45,120 nucleotides of DNA from Nemertoderma westbladi. Taxonomy: Eukaryota > Animalia > Xenacoelomorpha. Below the pieces are notes generated by a model, which was not told where the DNA came from, did not search any database, and worked only from the letters and a program-made list of their open reading frames with translations. The position numbers were made by a program, and so were the translations under genes. Each line of letters begins with the position of its first letter. Position 1 is the first letter of the stretch. The stretch lies in NCBI GenBank assembly GCA_032718475.1, contig JAUCBJ010005521.1:1-45120 (forward strand), given 5' to 3'. Positions 1-13,823 of this stretch are shown one piece after another.

Positions 1-1578
1 CAAAAAGATCTGCCAAACCAACCTTCAAATCAAAGATCCAGATGCAGCACAACATTAAGACTGAAAACAAATATAGTGAACTAGATAATGATACCAAAAT
101 TACCATACTTCCACAACAACTGACTGATTTCTTGGTGAATCTAAATAATGTTTCCAAAGAAACTGTCAATCTAAGAAAATCACAAGGTAGTAGCAAGAAT
201 GAACACAACAACTTTAAGCAACATCAAACGAGATACGAACAAGAAACCCAACGAAGCACCCCTTCCAACAAACGGAAGCAGTAGAAGCAGCACAGATATG
301 AAGCGGAATAATAAAGGGTTTGATCTACACTACAAAACCTCTAGGGATTCATACTGGCACAATAACAATCAAGCCAACTATAATGGTAATCAATATAAAT
401 CTATCCTGCAAGATAATAATAGGCATACGGAGTATGTGAGGAACTCTTGGAGACATGCCCCAGAATCATCTCGACACCAAAGTCAAACATACCAGCAGTA
501 TCAGAAGAACAGAGTGAGTAGACATGATTATCCACATCAACACTTCCCAAACCCTCATCTAAGAGACCAATCTGAACATACCTCGTACCCCAGTAATGAC
601 CAATGTGACATAACCTATGACAACAGGTATTACAACCGATCCAACAGAAGTCATATGGCTAGGAATCGTTTTTAAGCTGGCTCCGAGTATCACAACTGGA
701 GACCTAAATTTCAAAAATGCTGGAAATACGAGTAATATTTTGCAGAGAAGTGAAATCAGTCTTACTCAGTTTTTAAGACTTGCATTTTAATTTTCACATT
801 TTTTACTCAAAATAGATAGATAGACAATTTGTTGTCAAAGAATAGTTAAGGAATGTCTCGCAAAGTTTATTCATGGGATTTTTCAGTGAATCTAATTTCG
901 CAATAAAAAAATGTCAAATTAATAGTGCTAAAACCCAGCATCACTCTGTAGAACCAATATATTATAAAAAATGTAATATACTATATTAACACTGACACAT
1001 TGACTTACCTACACATAGTTGCAACACTACAGTGTATACATGAGACATTGTTTCATAATGTTACATATCGAATAACACTATTACTGCTATATCTAGCACA
1101 TACTCACAACAATCAATACCCTACATCTAAACATTAATTATCATTCCATCTTATATTCAAACGTAATTAACCTGTCAATATTGTACTGATAATGTATGTA
1201 GAACAAGTAAATTATTATTATTAGTTAGATGTATTTCGTATTAATTAATATGCATTTTATGCTATCGAAATCATTAGAATAATTGGATCTCGTTGGTAAC
1301 ATATGCTATAGTATAGAATTCAATGAACAATAATTTATAATTGATACTACCACAAGCTATTTGTAAACATCTGCGACCAGTTATGATGAATAAATCGATA
1401 TTGAATAATTATTACTTGGCATTCAACAGCTATAACTCGGATATTTATCGCCTTTTTCTCTCGAGGTTGGGTGGGAGAGTGGGTGGACGAGTTGTGGGGA
1501 GTTATAACGGTCCCGAGTTCGAACCCGGTTGAATATTTTGTTATCTGAAAAATTGCGAAATTAAATTTAGTTACTGGT

Positions 1579-1827
1579 GAAAAATAGTAGAAGTTACCTG
1601 TAGACACCTCTAGCGTCTGTAAAATAAAGGTTGGTAAATATGAAAATACTGGTTGCTGAAAAATAGCGATTTGAAAAATAGTAGACGTTACCTGTAGACA
1701 CTCGTAGCACCTGTAAAATAAAGGTTGGTAAATATGAAAATACTGGTTGCTGAAAAATTGCGATTTGAAAAATAGTAGATGTTACCTGATGCTAAGTGTA
1801 GACACCCGAACACCTGTAAAATAAAGG
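1579..1827. repeat. Short tandem repeat, ~94-bp unit, ~2.6 copies
   Basis: Unit GAAAAATAGTAGA.GTTACCTG...CTGTAAAATAAAGG starts at 1579, 1673 and 1767. Confidence 0.8.
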
Positions 1828-2689
1828 CTTATGATTGGATGCAGTACTAGCGTTGGGTGACTAATAACGCCTCTAGCGGAATAAGCGGGAACTTGAGAAG
1901 TTACCATGGTTACGGATGAAATGCTGACATCTGATTGGTTGAAATAATAACGACCACCGCAAAAGGTTGAAATGGTGGCTTCTGATTGGCTGCAGTACCA
2001 GAAATGGATGGTAATGATGGGCTATGGGTGACCATTATCCAGTGTCATAGTGCCAAAGGTCTGAAAGCGCGAACACAGTTATCGTTACATTTAGGCACGA
2101 CCCCTTTTCGACTGATTCAGGACTGTCAGTGTTGTTACGCTAGGTCTGTTAACCCACTAGCTCGTATATAAACCATATAAATCACACCGCGGCAAGTTAC
2201 TGTATTTAGGACTGTCAGTGATAGTTAGGATTCGCTGCGCGGGGATTGTTTTCCCGTGAGTTTGGTCTGTTACTGTAACTGTACATCTGCCTCACCGGTT
2301 AGAGGACAGGTATCCTTCTGTCTAGTACGTAGGCATTAGACCCGCTCACGTACATAGAATAGATACAAGGCTCTGTTCCTCGCCAGTAGTCGTTTGTGTA
2401 CTATATCTGTTTGTTTAGATATCCTGGACTGGGATTTGTTGTCAGATACTGTACAAGCCCGTATACATTACTAGAGTCTCATAGTAAGATACATCGTTAC
2501 TAGGATCTGGTAAGCGGTATACTACTGGACCCTTACAAAGAGGGAGGTTAAGAGAGCGAGTGGGGTGTGGGGGGGGGGGGGGGGGCTTTATACCCTCTCT
2601 TTGATTTACTGGTGTTTGGTTAAATTTCTTAGATACCGAGTTTGAGATACAGTAGAATCGCTAAATATTAATCTGTATCTCATAACTGA

Positions 2690-3346
2690 GCCCCGTGCTG
2701 CGCGAAGGCCCCACGATCGTGTTTAAAGTTGTGGGGCGAGCCACAAAGTGAGCGAAGCCTTAGCATATGGGTACCATTAACGAGTTGTTTGTCGTCGTCG
2801 TCGTCTGGCGTCGTAAGTTTTTGATCGCTAATAACTCGGTTATTCCTTGATGAAATTAAACGAAACGTGGTATGTATGTAGTCCGGCAAAAGTTTAGAAA
2901 GAATCTCAAGTTTGGTGAAAAAAGAACGAACGCAACGAGTTTACAGTGGATACGAGTATCCATCTGCCATAAATCAGCAGTTAGTTTCACAGTTTCGAGA
3001 CTTTGCACAGTTATAAAGGTCGTTAGTCTCCGTTTAGGGAAATTATTTTAAGACAAAACAGCACGAGCGCAACGAGGCTAATGAAGGAGAAGTGTATTGT
3101 AAAACTAACAACTAATACTTAACTTAAATAGCCCTAGTTAGAAGGTTTACAAATGACAGTAAAAGTGTGTAAGGGCAAACTGAAATGGATCCCTTTTTTT
3201 ACAACTAGTTTATCACAAACTGATAGTATCGCCTTCACTCATATATATATTTTGGGAAAGACGCTTTCGTATATCTAATAGAGATTAGTATAATGTATTC
3301 TCTAATATAGGCTCTCGTGCTGCGCAAAGGCACCACGAACGTGTTT
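2690..3346 (+). mobile_element. Interspersed non-autonomous repeat, DINE/HINE (Helentron-associated)-like
   Basis: A second diverged copy lies in reverse orientation at ~10617-11213. It has a (GTC)n microsatellite near the 5' end and a GC-rich hairpin-like GTGCTGCGC(G/A)AAGGC.CCACGA motif at 3317-3338, repeated at 2696-2716. The family call is inferred from architecture only. Confidence 0.55.
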
Positions 3347-3684
3347 TAATGGCTGCTGAAATAGTTACTCTTGTATTTTTAAGCTGCAATATGGCATTTT
3401 GAAACCAGCTGATGGCGTTGATAGGTACCCAGTTTAAAACCAATCAGGAAATACAGTAGTGATTCTAGTTTTTTTTAAGGGCTCCTGTAACTTACTATTC
3501 TTTATAAAGTTTTTTTAAAATCGAGAATAGTCAAACAATTTCACAAATATAGATAGAGAGAAACCCATCACCTATTGCAATTACAGTTTAAATAATAAAA
3601 AGTGATACAAATATTGGAGGGAAATTCAAAACGTATTTACATGTGATTAATAATTGTTATTGTCTAGTCTAACTGACCTACATA

Positions 3685-4650
3685 CTTGCTACTTCAGTAC
3701 TTGCTACTGTACTACTGTTCTAATCCGCCATGGAGGGGAGACCAGCACCGTCCTCTAGCCCCAGGCCACTGCGCCACCACATGCAGGATCCGCGCAGACA
3801 GTGGGATGTGCCACGGACGATGGCGAATAATATTCGCGTGCGGACCCATCCCATGACTGTCGCGGAGGGTTTCCCCCAAGATGCATGGAGTCTGGTGGCT
3901 ATGACTCTGAGCAGTCTATTGGCCTGCGGTGCCAACACTCCGTCGCACGAAGCCACGAAGGGAGAGAAATCGCCGCGACGAGCTGCTACAGCAGCCGCAT
4001 ACAGCCGCTTCTTCTCATCCTCCGCCGCCTCGAGAATGGTCATAGGAGCGCGGTTAACGTACGACTCGGCGTCAAGGTTGGTTGACCTGATATCGATCAA
4101 CGCCTGAGTCTTCACGTTAAACGCGCCCCTAATACCTACATCGCACCGCAGCCCTGTCCCGTCACCTTCCTCCAACTGCTCCCTTACTACTGGCTCCAGC
4201 ATTACATTGCGCGGCCCAAACGCCAACGCGGCGAGGTCGCCCACAGCGTCTCTCAGCTCATTGTGGCGCTGGATGACAAGGCCGCCCTTCTTACAGTTCA
4301 ACCCAAGGTTCAGGTCAAAGGCAGCCCCACACCCGTCGCACCGGCTGTGTACTCCAAGGAGGGGACTTCCGTATCACACGGCGATCGCGTCACGAAACTC
4401 ATGTGGGGATAGATCATACTGGAGGTCCGCCCGGGGAATCGACGAGATCCAGCTACCGGTTTTGTACTCCGCCGCTCGGCGGATCGTGCGGCAGCGGCGT
4501 TCGGTCATCACCCCCAGTGCCTCCTCAAACTCTGAGATCTCGGTCAGTCTCCGGTCGTCTCGGTGGTCAGTCTCTGGTCATCTCGGTCGACCTTCCTCGC
4601 CTTCACCAAGCAGTCCCGGTGGGCTGACCGGTCGAATTCCTCGGTGCTAG
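3685..4650 (-). mobile_element. 5'-truncated CRE-clade-like non-LTR retrotransposon (zinc finger + restriction-like endonuclease), pseudogenised
   Basis: The minus frame reads ...GSWISSIP...DLSPHEFRDAIAV*YG...CDGCG...CKKGG...RHNELRD...RCDV.IRG...IDIRSTN...AEDEKKRLY...FSPFV, matching the C-terminal RLE region of CRE-type elements. In-frame TGA at 4374-4376. Short tandem-repeat tail at 3685-3719. Confidence 0.8.
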
Positions 4651-5113
4651 CCATCGCGCCACTTAGGAACCGGGTCCCGTACAAGGATACGAGGTACGAC
4701 GGTTTTGCCTCAGCTACCAGATTTCGCAGTCCTAGACCTCCTCGTTGTGTATACTGAGGCCAAGTCGCGGGTTTTTGGAACTTGAATATGACGCAGCGTC
4801 ATCGTGTATTGTTACCAAGCTAGCAATTTGGCGAAAGTAATTCAGTTTTTGATTGGCTGGCTACAGCCGTGTCAGTGGGGCCGCCGCCGTAGTCTAAGGT
4901 CGAAGTGATAAAATTGTTATAGATTATCAACATTCGAAAACAATAAATTATAAATTAATGTGTAAATTTACACAGTGTCGTGCGGGCGCAAAGGCAAACA
5001 CAAAAGCAAAACATCAGGGCCTACCAGGGCGAAATTTGGGGTGGAAACTTTATTTAACTGAAAGATGGTATCCCCCCTGAGTACTTTAAAGTACAACGTA
5101 CAAGTACAAGTCA

Positions 5114-5867
5114 ATGGCTCCTCAGCTCATTGGAACAGGCTGATTCCAGTGTTGGTCTTTTTTAACTGAAAATGTACCAATATTCTGACAGTTAACTTCG
5201 ACAGTAGTCCTCAGGATATGCCTCATTGTTTGAGCATAAGCTCAAAGCATTGAATATGATTGAACATGAACAACTTCTGTTATCTGGGAACATGGATCCT
5301 GAAGTCAGGTGAGGACCTTCGCATGTAAGGTAAAGGAATAGGCAGCAATGAATTGGCTTTCAGGGGTTTGGAAGTCACACAGATTTCATCGGAAACGTAA
5401 GGTCCGATTATTTAGAGCAGCAGTAGTTCCAGTACTCCTCTATGGGAGTCCATGCTGGGCTCTAACTGTTGAGGACACCAAATCTTTGGATGGCATATTC
5501 ACAATGATGCTACGCCGGGTTAATTGTGTCAAGTACAATGCAAACATCTCCAACCAGACTCTATATAACATTGGAGGTGTCTCATTGTTTCCCCCAAGCT
5601 TGACACTAGAACAAAGTCGCCTCCGCTTTGCAGGACATTGCTTTCGACATGAAGACCAGCCAGTGCATAATCTTCTGCTTTGGCAGCCAAGTGCAGTGAA
5701 TAAGCATGGTGGACAGCCCATGACCTTCTTGAGTCGCATCTTAAAGGACACTGGCCTTAAAGATGCGGATGATCTAGCAAATGTCATGGGTGATAGGGAA
5801 TTGTGGAGGCGCAATTTTGTCGACAAGCCGGGACAGCATTCTTAAAAATGCAGCTGCAATGCAGCAT
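5114..5867 (+). mobile_element. RTE-like LINE 3' fragment (RT thumb/C-terminus), decayed
   Basis: Translates as FCYLG..., WKS...KVRLFRAAVVPVLLYGSPCW, LRFAGHC, DRELWR. Near-identical to the copy at 11229-12025. Confidence 0.85.
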
Positions 5868-6172
5868 TGTATAACATTGGACGATTCAATGGCAAATGCC
5901 ATTGAATATTTAATGCCGATTTTTAAATTTTAATGGCAAAACTGAGCTACACAAACATTGAATATATACAATTGCTTTGATATGTTGTGGCACATAGACG
6001 CAGTGTTCAATCAACTAACCTTGTAGTAAAGGACATATCTTCCATGCTGCAATCTCGCCGCGTTGCATATATTGACCCACCGAAACTTCCAAGAAAAACA
6101 AAGGATCCCCACCAAAAATTAGGAAAATGAAATATGGAATGAGAAACGCGCCTGAAAATATAAACTATTAGC

Positions 6173-6297
6173 ATTGGAGGTGTCTCATTGGTTTTCCCAA
6201 GCTTGACACTTGAACAAAGCCGCCTCCGATTTGCAGGATATCACTTTCTCCATGAGGACAAACCTAGGCACAATCTTGTGATTTGGCTGCCCCATGG
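6173..6297 (+). mobile_element. Small internal fragment of the same RTE-like LINE
   Basis: ATTGGAGGTGTCTCATTGGTT..CCCAAGCTTGACACT.GAACAAAG matches 5570-5690 and 11708-11830. Confidence 0.7.
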
Positions 6298-6751
6298 GGA
6301 AGTAAACTACCTATTCTAAAATATTTGTAATGACATAACAATGATAAACACATTACTTCGAATTATTATTTCGGTAATAATAACACTTCAATTTAACAAA
6401 TAAATTACTTAATTAATGTACAATAAATATATTAAATTATTATCCTTCCCATCTCTAGATATAGTTTATCGACGTCACACAGGTGGCATTCACCCGTTAA
6501 ATAAGTGATTTTGGAACGAGCGATAGATACCTGTAAGGCGTACTTTATTAATTGCCAAATAAAATAATTTATTTAAGAGAAAATATATTTGAATTATTGA
6601 TTTTTTAAGAAGATAGTATATAATGTAGTTGTATATACTTTACTCAGGCAAATAGTTAGTTGTTTTTTAGACCTTTTTATTATTTTTAAATTCCATCACC
6701 TAACATTCAAAAAGAAAGTAGATAGTCCTAGTCTATTTGAAGAATTAATTT

Positions 6752-6955
6752 TTAGTTGCAAAGGTCTTCATCACAGCAAGTTGCGCTACAAGAAGTGTCT
6801 TGGGGTACATTAAAGGCGCTTATTGCTGCAGCACAAATGTAGGTCGTTATAGTGTCGTATTTAGTGTCAGATAGGTAATCTTCTGAGTTTTTAGGTAAAT
6901 ACATCGGCATTGTGGTTGGAGGGATTCCGCATGTTGGTCTATGGTCGGTCATAGT
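6752..6955 (-). CDS. Candidate terminal exon of a secreted three-finger/Ly6-uPAR (LU) domain protein
   Basis: Acceptor TTATTTCAG at 6956-6964, phase 0. Encodes TMTDHRPTCG...YIC...TSCSATCCDEDLCN*. CCxxDxCN is the LU-domain terminal signature. Confidence 0.6.
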   Translation of the reverse strand, partial: TMTDHRPTCGIPPTTMPMYLPKNSEDYLSDTKYDTITTYICAAAISAFNVPQDTSCSATCCDEDLCN

Positions 6956-7360
6956 CTGAAATAATAACATTGTCGTGTAATAAACCAACAGAGGAATACA
7001 TTTGAAACACAAGAAATAAAATAAAAATAAACTAGAAAGCCATCAAGATGGCTTTAAAAGAAACTGCCTTTTGGGACTCAGAATAAGCGCTAACTTTCCC
7101 GAGTGCCAAACTCTTATAATAATAGATACGCATCCACTCGATCCGTGCATTCGAGGGACCATGTTTATCTTTAAGTGAAACCAATTTTTGTGACAATTCT
7201 GGTGATAATTAATTGTCATTTATAATGGTTGCGAGATAAAAACATTATAACAAGAACTAAAATATTAAAACGTTGTTCCTTTTTGTTGTTTCAGTTGGTT
7301 TTTATCGGAAGTTTATTGATTATAAAACAATATTATTAATTAATCTATATCTTTCATATT

Positions 7361-7818
7361 TACTACTACTACTACTACTACTACTAGGATCGGCATGATG
7401 CATTGCAGCTGCATTTTTAAGAATGCTTTGCCGGCTTGTCGACAAAATTGCGCCGCCACAACTCCCTATCACCCATGATACTAGCTCGATCATCCGCATC
7501 TTCAAGGTCATTGTTCTTTAAGATGCGTCTCAAGAAAGTCATGGGCTGTCCACCATGCTTATTCACTCTATGAGGCTGCCAAAGTACAAGATTATGCACT
7601 AGCTGGTCCTCACGGCAAAAGCAATGTCCTGCAAAGCGGAGGCGATTTTGTTCTAGTGTCAAGCTTGGGGGAACCAATGAGACACCTCCAATGTTATATA
7701 GTGACTGGTTGGAGATGTGTGCATTGTACTTGACACAATGAACCCGGTGTAGCATTCTTGTGAATGTGCCATCCAGAGATTTCGTGTCCTCAGCAGTTAG
7801 AGCCCAGCATGGAGTCCC
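7361..7818 (-). mobile_element. RTE-like LINE 3' fragment with (TAG)n tail
   Basis: Reverse copy of the same family (ORF 7417-7755), with (TAG)n tail at 7361-7386. Confidence 0.85.
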
Positions 7819-8060
7819 CTAAATAATGTCATATTTATTAAGACAACAACAAAGTACAGGTCAGGCTATATAAAAAATGATCTTTTCTTCTAGTAAAATA
7901 AAGTTTTTGTATACATAAGGTTCACATTACGTACGCTAAATAAGAAAATAAATATTATTCTAAACACCGTAAAAGCCCCACAATGGAGGAAAAAAATTGG
8001 ATACTGATTATTAAATCTTGCAACGTAACAGTAATGAGAAACAATTCAAATAAATATAAA

Positions 8061-10434
8061 TACTGCTGTATGTATAGAATACCAAGTTATTGATACACAT
8101 TAATAATAATTACTGCTGTATGTATAGAATACCAAGTTATTGATACACATTAATAATAAATACTGCTGTATGTATAGAATACCAAGTTATTGATACACAT
8201 TAATAATTACATTAATAATAATTACTGCTGTATGTATAGAATACCAAGTTATTGATACACATTAATAATTACATTAATAATAATTACTGCTGTATGTATA
8301 GAATACCAAGTTATTGATACACATTAATAATAATTACTGCTGTATGTATAGAATACCAAGTTATTGATACACATTAATAATTACATTAATAATAATTACT
8401 GCTGTATGTATAGAATACCAAGTTATTGATACACATTAATAATAATTACTGCTGTATGTATAGAATACCAAGTTATTGATACACATTAATAATAAATACT
8501 GCTGTATGTATAGAATACCAAGTTATTGATACACATTAATAATTACATTAATAATAATTACTGCTGTATGTATAGAATACCAAGTTATTGATATACATTA
8601 ATAATTACATTAATAATAATTACTGCTGTATGTATAGAATACCAAGTTATTGATACACATTAATAATTACATTAATAATAATTACTGCTGTATGTATAGA
8701 ATACCAAGTTATTGATACACATTAATAATTACATTAATAATAATTACTGCTGTATGTATAGAATACCAAGTTATTGATACACATTAATAATTACATTAAT
8801 AATAATTACTGCTGTATGTATAGAATACCAAGTTATTGATACACATTAATAATAATTACTGCTGTATGTATAGAATACCAAGTTATTGATACACATTAAT
8901 AATAATTACTGCTGTATGTATAGAATACCAAGTTATTGATACACATTAATAATAATTACTGCTGTATGTATAGAATACCAAGTTATTGATACACATTAAT
9001 AATAATTACTGCTGTATGTATAGAATACCAAGTTATTGATACACATTAATAATAATTACTGCTGTATGTATAGAATACCAAGTTATTGATACACATTAAT
9101 AATAATTACTGCTGTATGTATAGAATACCAAGTTATTGATACACATTAATAGTAATTACTGCTGTATGTATAGAATACCAAGTTATTGATACACATTAAT
9201 AATAATTACTGCTGTATGTATAGAATACCAAGTTATTGATACACATTAATAATAATTACTGCTGTATGTATAGAATACCAAGTTATTGATACACATTAAT
9301 AATAATTACTGCTGTATGTATAGAATACCAAGTTATTGATACACATTAATAATAATTACTGCTGTATGTATAGAATACCAAGTTATTGATACACATTAAT
9401 AATAATTACTGCTGTATGTATAGAATACCAAGTTATTGATACACATTAATAATAATTACTGCTGTATGTATAGAATACCAAGTTATTGATACACATTAAT
9501 AATTACATTAATAATAATTACTGCTGTATGTATAGAATACCAAGTTATTGATACACATTAATAATTACATTAATAATAATTACTGCTGTATGTATAGAAT
9601 ACCAAGTTATTGATACACATTAATAATTACATTAATAATAATTACTGCTGTATGTATAGAATACCAAGTTATTGATACACATTAATAATTACATTAATAA
9701 TAATTACTGCTGTATGTATAGAATACCAAGTTATTGATACACATTAATAATAATTACTGCTGTATGTATAGAATACCAAGTTATTGATACACATTAATAA
9801 TAATTACTGCTGTATGTATAGAATACCAAGTTATTGATACACATTAATAATTACATTAATAATAATTACTGCTGTATGTATAGAATACCAAGTTATTGAT
9901 ACACATTAATAATAATTACTGCTGTATGTATAGAATACCAAGTTATTGATACACATTAATAATAATTACTGCTGTATGTATAGAATACCAAGTTATTGAT
10001 ACACATTAATAATTACATTAATAATAATTACTGCTGTATGTATAGAATACCAAGTTATTGATACACATTAATAATTACATTAATAATAATTACTGCTGTA
10101 TGTATAGAATACCAAGTTATTGATACACATTAATAATAATTACTGCTGTATGTATAGAATACCAAGTTATTGATACACATTAATAATAATTACTGCTGTA
10201 TGTATAGAATACCAAGTTATTGATACACATTAATAATAATTACTGCTGTATGTATAGAATACCAAGTTATTGATACACATTAATAATTACATTAATAATA
10301 ATTACTGCTGTATGTATAGAATACCAAGTTTATTGATACACATTAATAATTACATTAATAATAATTACTGCTGTATGTATAGAATACCAAGTTTATTGAT
10401 ACACATTAATAATTACATTAATAATAATTACTGC
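8061..10434. repeat. AT-rich minisatellite/satellite, ~43 units of 50 bp or 62 bp
   Basis: Unit TACTGCTGTATGTATAGAATACCAAGTTATTGATACACATTAATAATAAT. The long variant carries a 12-bp internal duplication (ACATTAATAATT). Confidence 0.97.
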
Positions 10435-10616
10435 CAACTACCAAATTAATTAAAACTGAAATTAAAACATTACAGAGAAGGAGTAAATCAACAAATCACA
10501 TTAATTTACCTTTTGAACGGTGTATCACAAATTTTACATTTTATAAATCACGAGATATTCAAAATTAAAATGAGTGGAAATGAAATTTAAGGCCATTAAT
10601 CAAAATCAGTTGAGAT

Positions 10617-11213
10617 ACTCGTTCGTGGGGCCTTCGCGCAGCATGAGAGCTTATATTAGAAAGTACATTATACTAATCTCTATCATATATACGAAAAAAA
10701 TATGAGCAAAGGCGAAGCCTCAGTTTGTGATAAACTAGTTGTATAAAGATAGATCCATTTCAGTTTGCCCTTATAAACTTTAACTGTCATTTGTAAACCT
10801 TCTAACTAGGGCTATTTAAGTTAAGTATGACATTTTTAGTTTTACAATACTCTTCTCCTTCATTAGCCTTGTTGCGCTCGTCCTGTTTTGTCTTAAAATA
10901 ATTTTTATAACTATTTAACTTTAACTATAAAAACCTTTCTAACTCGAAACTGTGAGAGTGATTTATGATTTATGCTGATTTTTGACAGATGGACACTCAT
11001 ATCCACTGTAAACTCGTTGCATTCGTTCGTTTTTTACTAAACTTCAGATTATTACTAAGCTTTTGACGGACTACATTAGCAGACTTAGCGATCAAAAATT
11101 ACGTCAAGGACGACGATGACGACGACAATGACAGCGGCAACGATGACGACGACAGACAATTCGTTAATGGGACCCATATGCTAAGGATTCGCTCACTTAG
11201 TGCCTCGCCCCAC
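10617..11213 (-). mobile_element. Second copy of the DINE/HINE-like repeat
   Basis: Reverse complement aligns by eye with 2730-3346; (GAC)n tract at 11109-11153. Confidence 0.55.
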
Positions 11214-11228
11214 ACTCAGTTACCTAAT

Positions 11229-12025
11229 CAGAATCATTAGAGGGATCCCAACGGCTCCTCAGCTCATTAGAACATGCTGCTTCTAGTGTTGGTCTTTTTA
11301 TTAACTCCAGAAAGACCAAAATTCTGACAGTTAACTTTGAAAGTCCTCAGCAAGTCTCTGATCGGATGAGCATAAGCTCAAAGGATGGTATGCTTGAGCA
11401 TGTGGACGACTTCTGTTACCTGGGATCATGGATCCGGAAGTCAGGTGAGGACCTTCGAATACGTAAGGGAAAGGCATGGGCAGCCTTGAATAGGCTTTCC
11501 AGGATTTGGAAGTCACCGAGAATTAATCGGAAACTTAAGGTCCGATTATTTAGAGCAGCAGTAGTTCCAGTACTCCTCTACGGGAGTCCATGCTGGGCTC
11601 TAACTGCTGAGGACACCAAATCTCTGGATGGCACATTCACAAGAATGCTACGCCGGGTTCATTGTGTCAAGTACAATGCACACATCTCCAACCAGACTCT
11701 ATATAACATTGGAGGTGTCTCATTGGTTCCCCCAAGCTTGACACTAGAACAAAATCGCCTCCGCTTTGCAGGACATTGCTTTCGCCGTGAGGACCAGCCA
11801 GTGCATAATCTTGTACTTTGGCAGCCTCATGGAGTGAATAAGCATGGTGGACAGCCCATGACTTTCTTGAGACGCATCTTAAAGGACACTGGCCTTAAAG
11901 ATGCGGATGATCTAGCAAATGTCATGGGTGATAGGGAGTTGTGGCGGTGCAATTTTGTTGACAAGCCGGCACAGCATTCTTAAAAATGCAGCTGCAATGC
12001 AGCATGCCGATCCTAGTAGTAGTAG
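11229..12025 (+). mobile_element. 5'-truncated RTE-like LINE with (TAG)n tail and target-site duplication
   Basis: ORF 11366-11983 (VDDFCYLGS...LLYGSPCW...LRFAGHC) and (TAG)4 tail. The direct repeat AGTTACCTAAT occurs at 11218-11228 and 12024-12034. Confidence 0.9.
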
Positions 12026-12328
12026 TTACCTAATAAATATTTACATTGGATTTCGACAGAGGCGCTAACAGCTGGCTACAGTAATTTCTATTACAAACAC
12101 ACAGATAGTGAGAGAGTAATACTGTAACTAATACTGATCTATGAATATTGCCATCCTAAAGCCAACAGCAGTGCACTTTATAACATAATGCCAAACAAAC
12201 AGCTAGTACCTGGCTTGTGTTTTTATCATTTCGAAGAGATGTGTTCGACCTTTGAGTTCAAGCAGCAGTGACCATCTATAGCTGTCTTTACAGTAATAAA
12301 TTAATTAATGGGCCTACTTGCGAGAGGT

Positions 12329-13619
12329 ATAAGGGGTAACGAGGTGCCCTGAATCGAGTGGCGGGGTGTGTTTTTAATAAAATCACGAGGAAACGTTCAA
12401 AATGGTTGGTTTAAGTAAGCGCGGGAAGTCAAAATGATTTTGAAAATCGGCTGTGATTAGCTTCTACATATTTGACGTCACTACACAGTGCTCAGACAAT
12501 TTCTTATATTGTTTTCTATGGAGGGTGATTTTGGATCCATTCAAATATACATTTAATCTCGATCATTTCATCACATGTGAAAACAGAGTGTCTTGTGCGT
12601 ATTTTAGCACTACAATTAATTAAATTCATGATGATGAAAATAATATTGATAAAATGAATCAATTCAAAATTATAAACTCGCAGTTTGCCTGACCGGTATG
12701 CAAATAGTACTGAACCACTCAGCCCTATCCACCTATTGCATTGCAGTATCTTAGTATTGCTGTATTGCAGCTTTAAGTTCATTAAGTTAAAATGTGTACC
12801 GGTCACCTGTAGCGTAAGAGTTGTACAGCGGTAAGTTTTACTCAACGTAATGAACTTAAGCAACAATAAAGCAATAGGCCTACTCCGATACTATACAATG
12901 CAATAGGTGGCTAGGGCTGAGTTGGATACGGGGTCAGGCAATCTACCAAGTGTGCAAAATTGCAAACAGTATTATTTATAAGTGTTTGTAGTGTTAAAAG
13001 ACGCGTTTGACTCTCCGATTTCAATTGATATAAGCCAGGTGAGAAATGATTGTAGAGCGAAACAAATCAAATTATTGATGAACTCATTAATTGGCAATCA
13101 TTAAACTCTAAACTTTAAACATTAAATAATGTTGAATGACCTTTAGTCAGTCAGCCTTTGCTTAAACTTTTGTGGTGACTGGTATATATATTAAAGTTAC
13201 ATAGATATAACTTATGTAATCAATTTTGTAATAATATTAATTATACAATTTGTAAATTAAACATTTGTCTAAAGGTAAAATTATATTTCGAATTTATTTC
13301 ACATTATTCATATTGTTTTCTTAATTAATCTTAATCAATTGACTTTATTGTGCACGAAAATTATTGAACCTTACAAGGATGTAGATTAAATGTGTATTTA
13401 AATCGATCGAAAATCAACCCATAGAAAACTATATAAGAAATTATCTGAGCACTGCTAAGTGACGTGATGTCAAATATGTAACAGCCAATCACAGCCGATT
13501 TTCAAAATTGGCTTCCCAGGCTTACTTATACTAAAAACCGCCATTTCGACCGATTCTTCCTGTGTTTACAAAAATCACACACCCCGCCACTCGATTCAGA
13601 GCACCTTGTCACCCCTTAT
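12329..13619. mobile_element. Non-autonomous TIR element (MITE-like), ~230-bp diverged inverted repeats
   Basis: 12329-12560 (ATAAGGGGTAACGAGGTGCCCTGAATCGAGTGGCGGGGTGTG...) is the reverse complement of 13383-13619 (...CACACCCCGCCACTCGATTCAGAGCACCTTGTCACCCCTTAT). Confidence 0.8.
12717..12921. repeat. Inner inverted repeat (possible nested mini-MITE)
   Basis: ACTCAGCCCTATCCACCTATTGCATTG at 12717 pairs with CAATGCAATAGGTGGCTAGGGCTGAGT ending at 12921. Confidence 0.65.
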
Positions 13620-13823
13620 TCGATTGTTTCTAGCCCAACAATTTTTTTCGCGCACCAACCCTATTGATTCCCTTGATCATCCGGACGTGACCGGACAATT
13701 GCCGATTTTATTAGTTGTAGTTAGTGGATCGGCCCATATTAACCCTAATCCATCATGTCTGTCCCCTTCCATACTACTACTACACTTGTACCGAAAGTCT
13801 AATATTTATTGCTGAAGAATTAC

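Noticed and set aside
1830-2660. Possible solo LTR or promoter (three ATTGG boxes, poly-G)
   Set aside because: No TG...CA boundaries, TSD or second copy could be identified.
8061-10434. CRISPR-like array
   Set aside because: Units are contiguous and identical with no unique spacers, there are no cas genes, and the context is eukaryotic.
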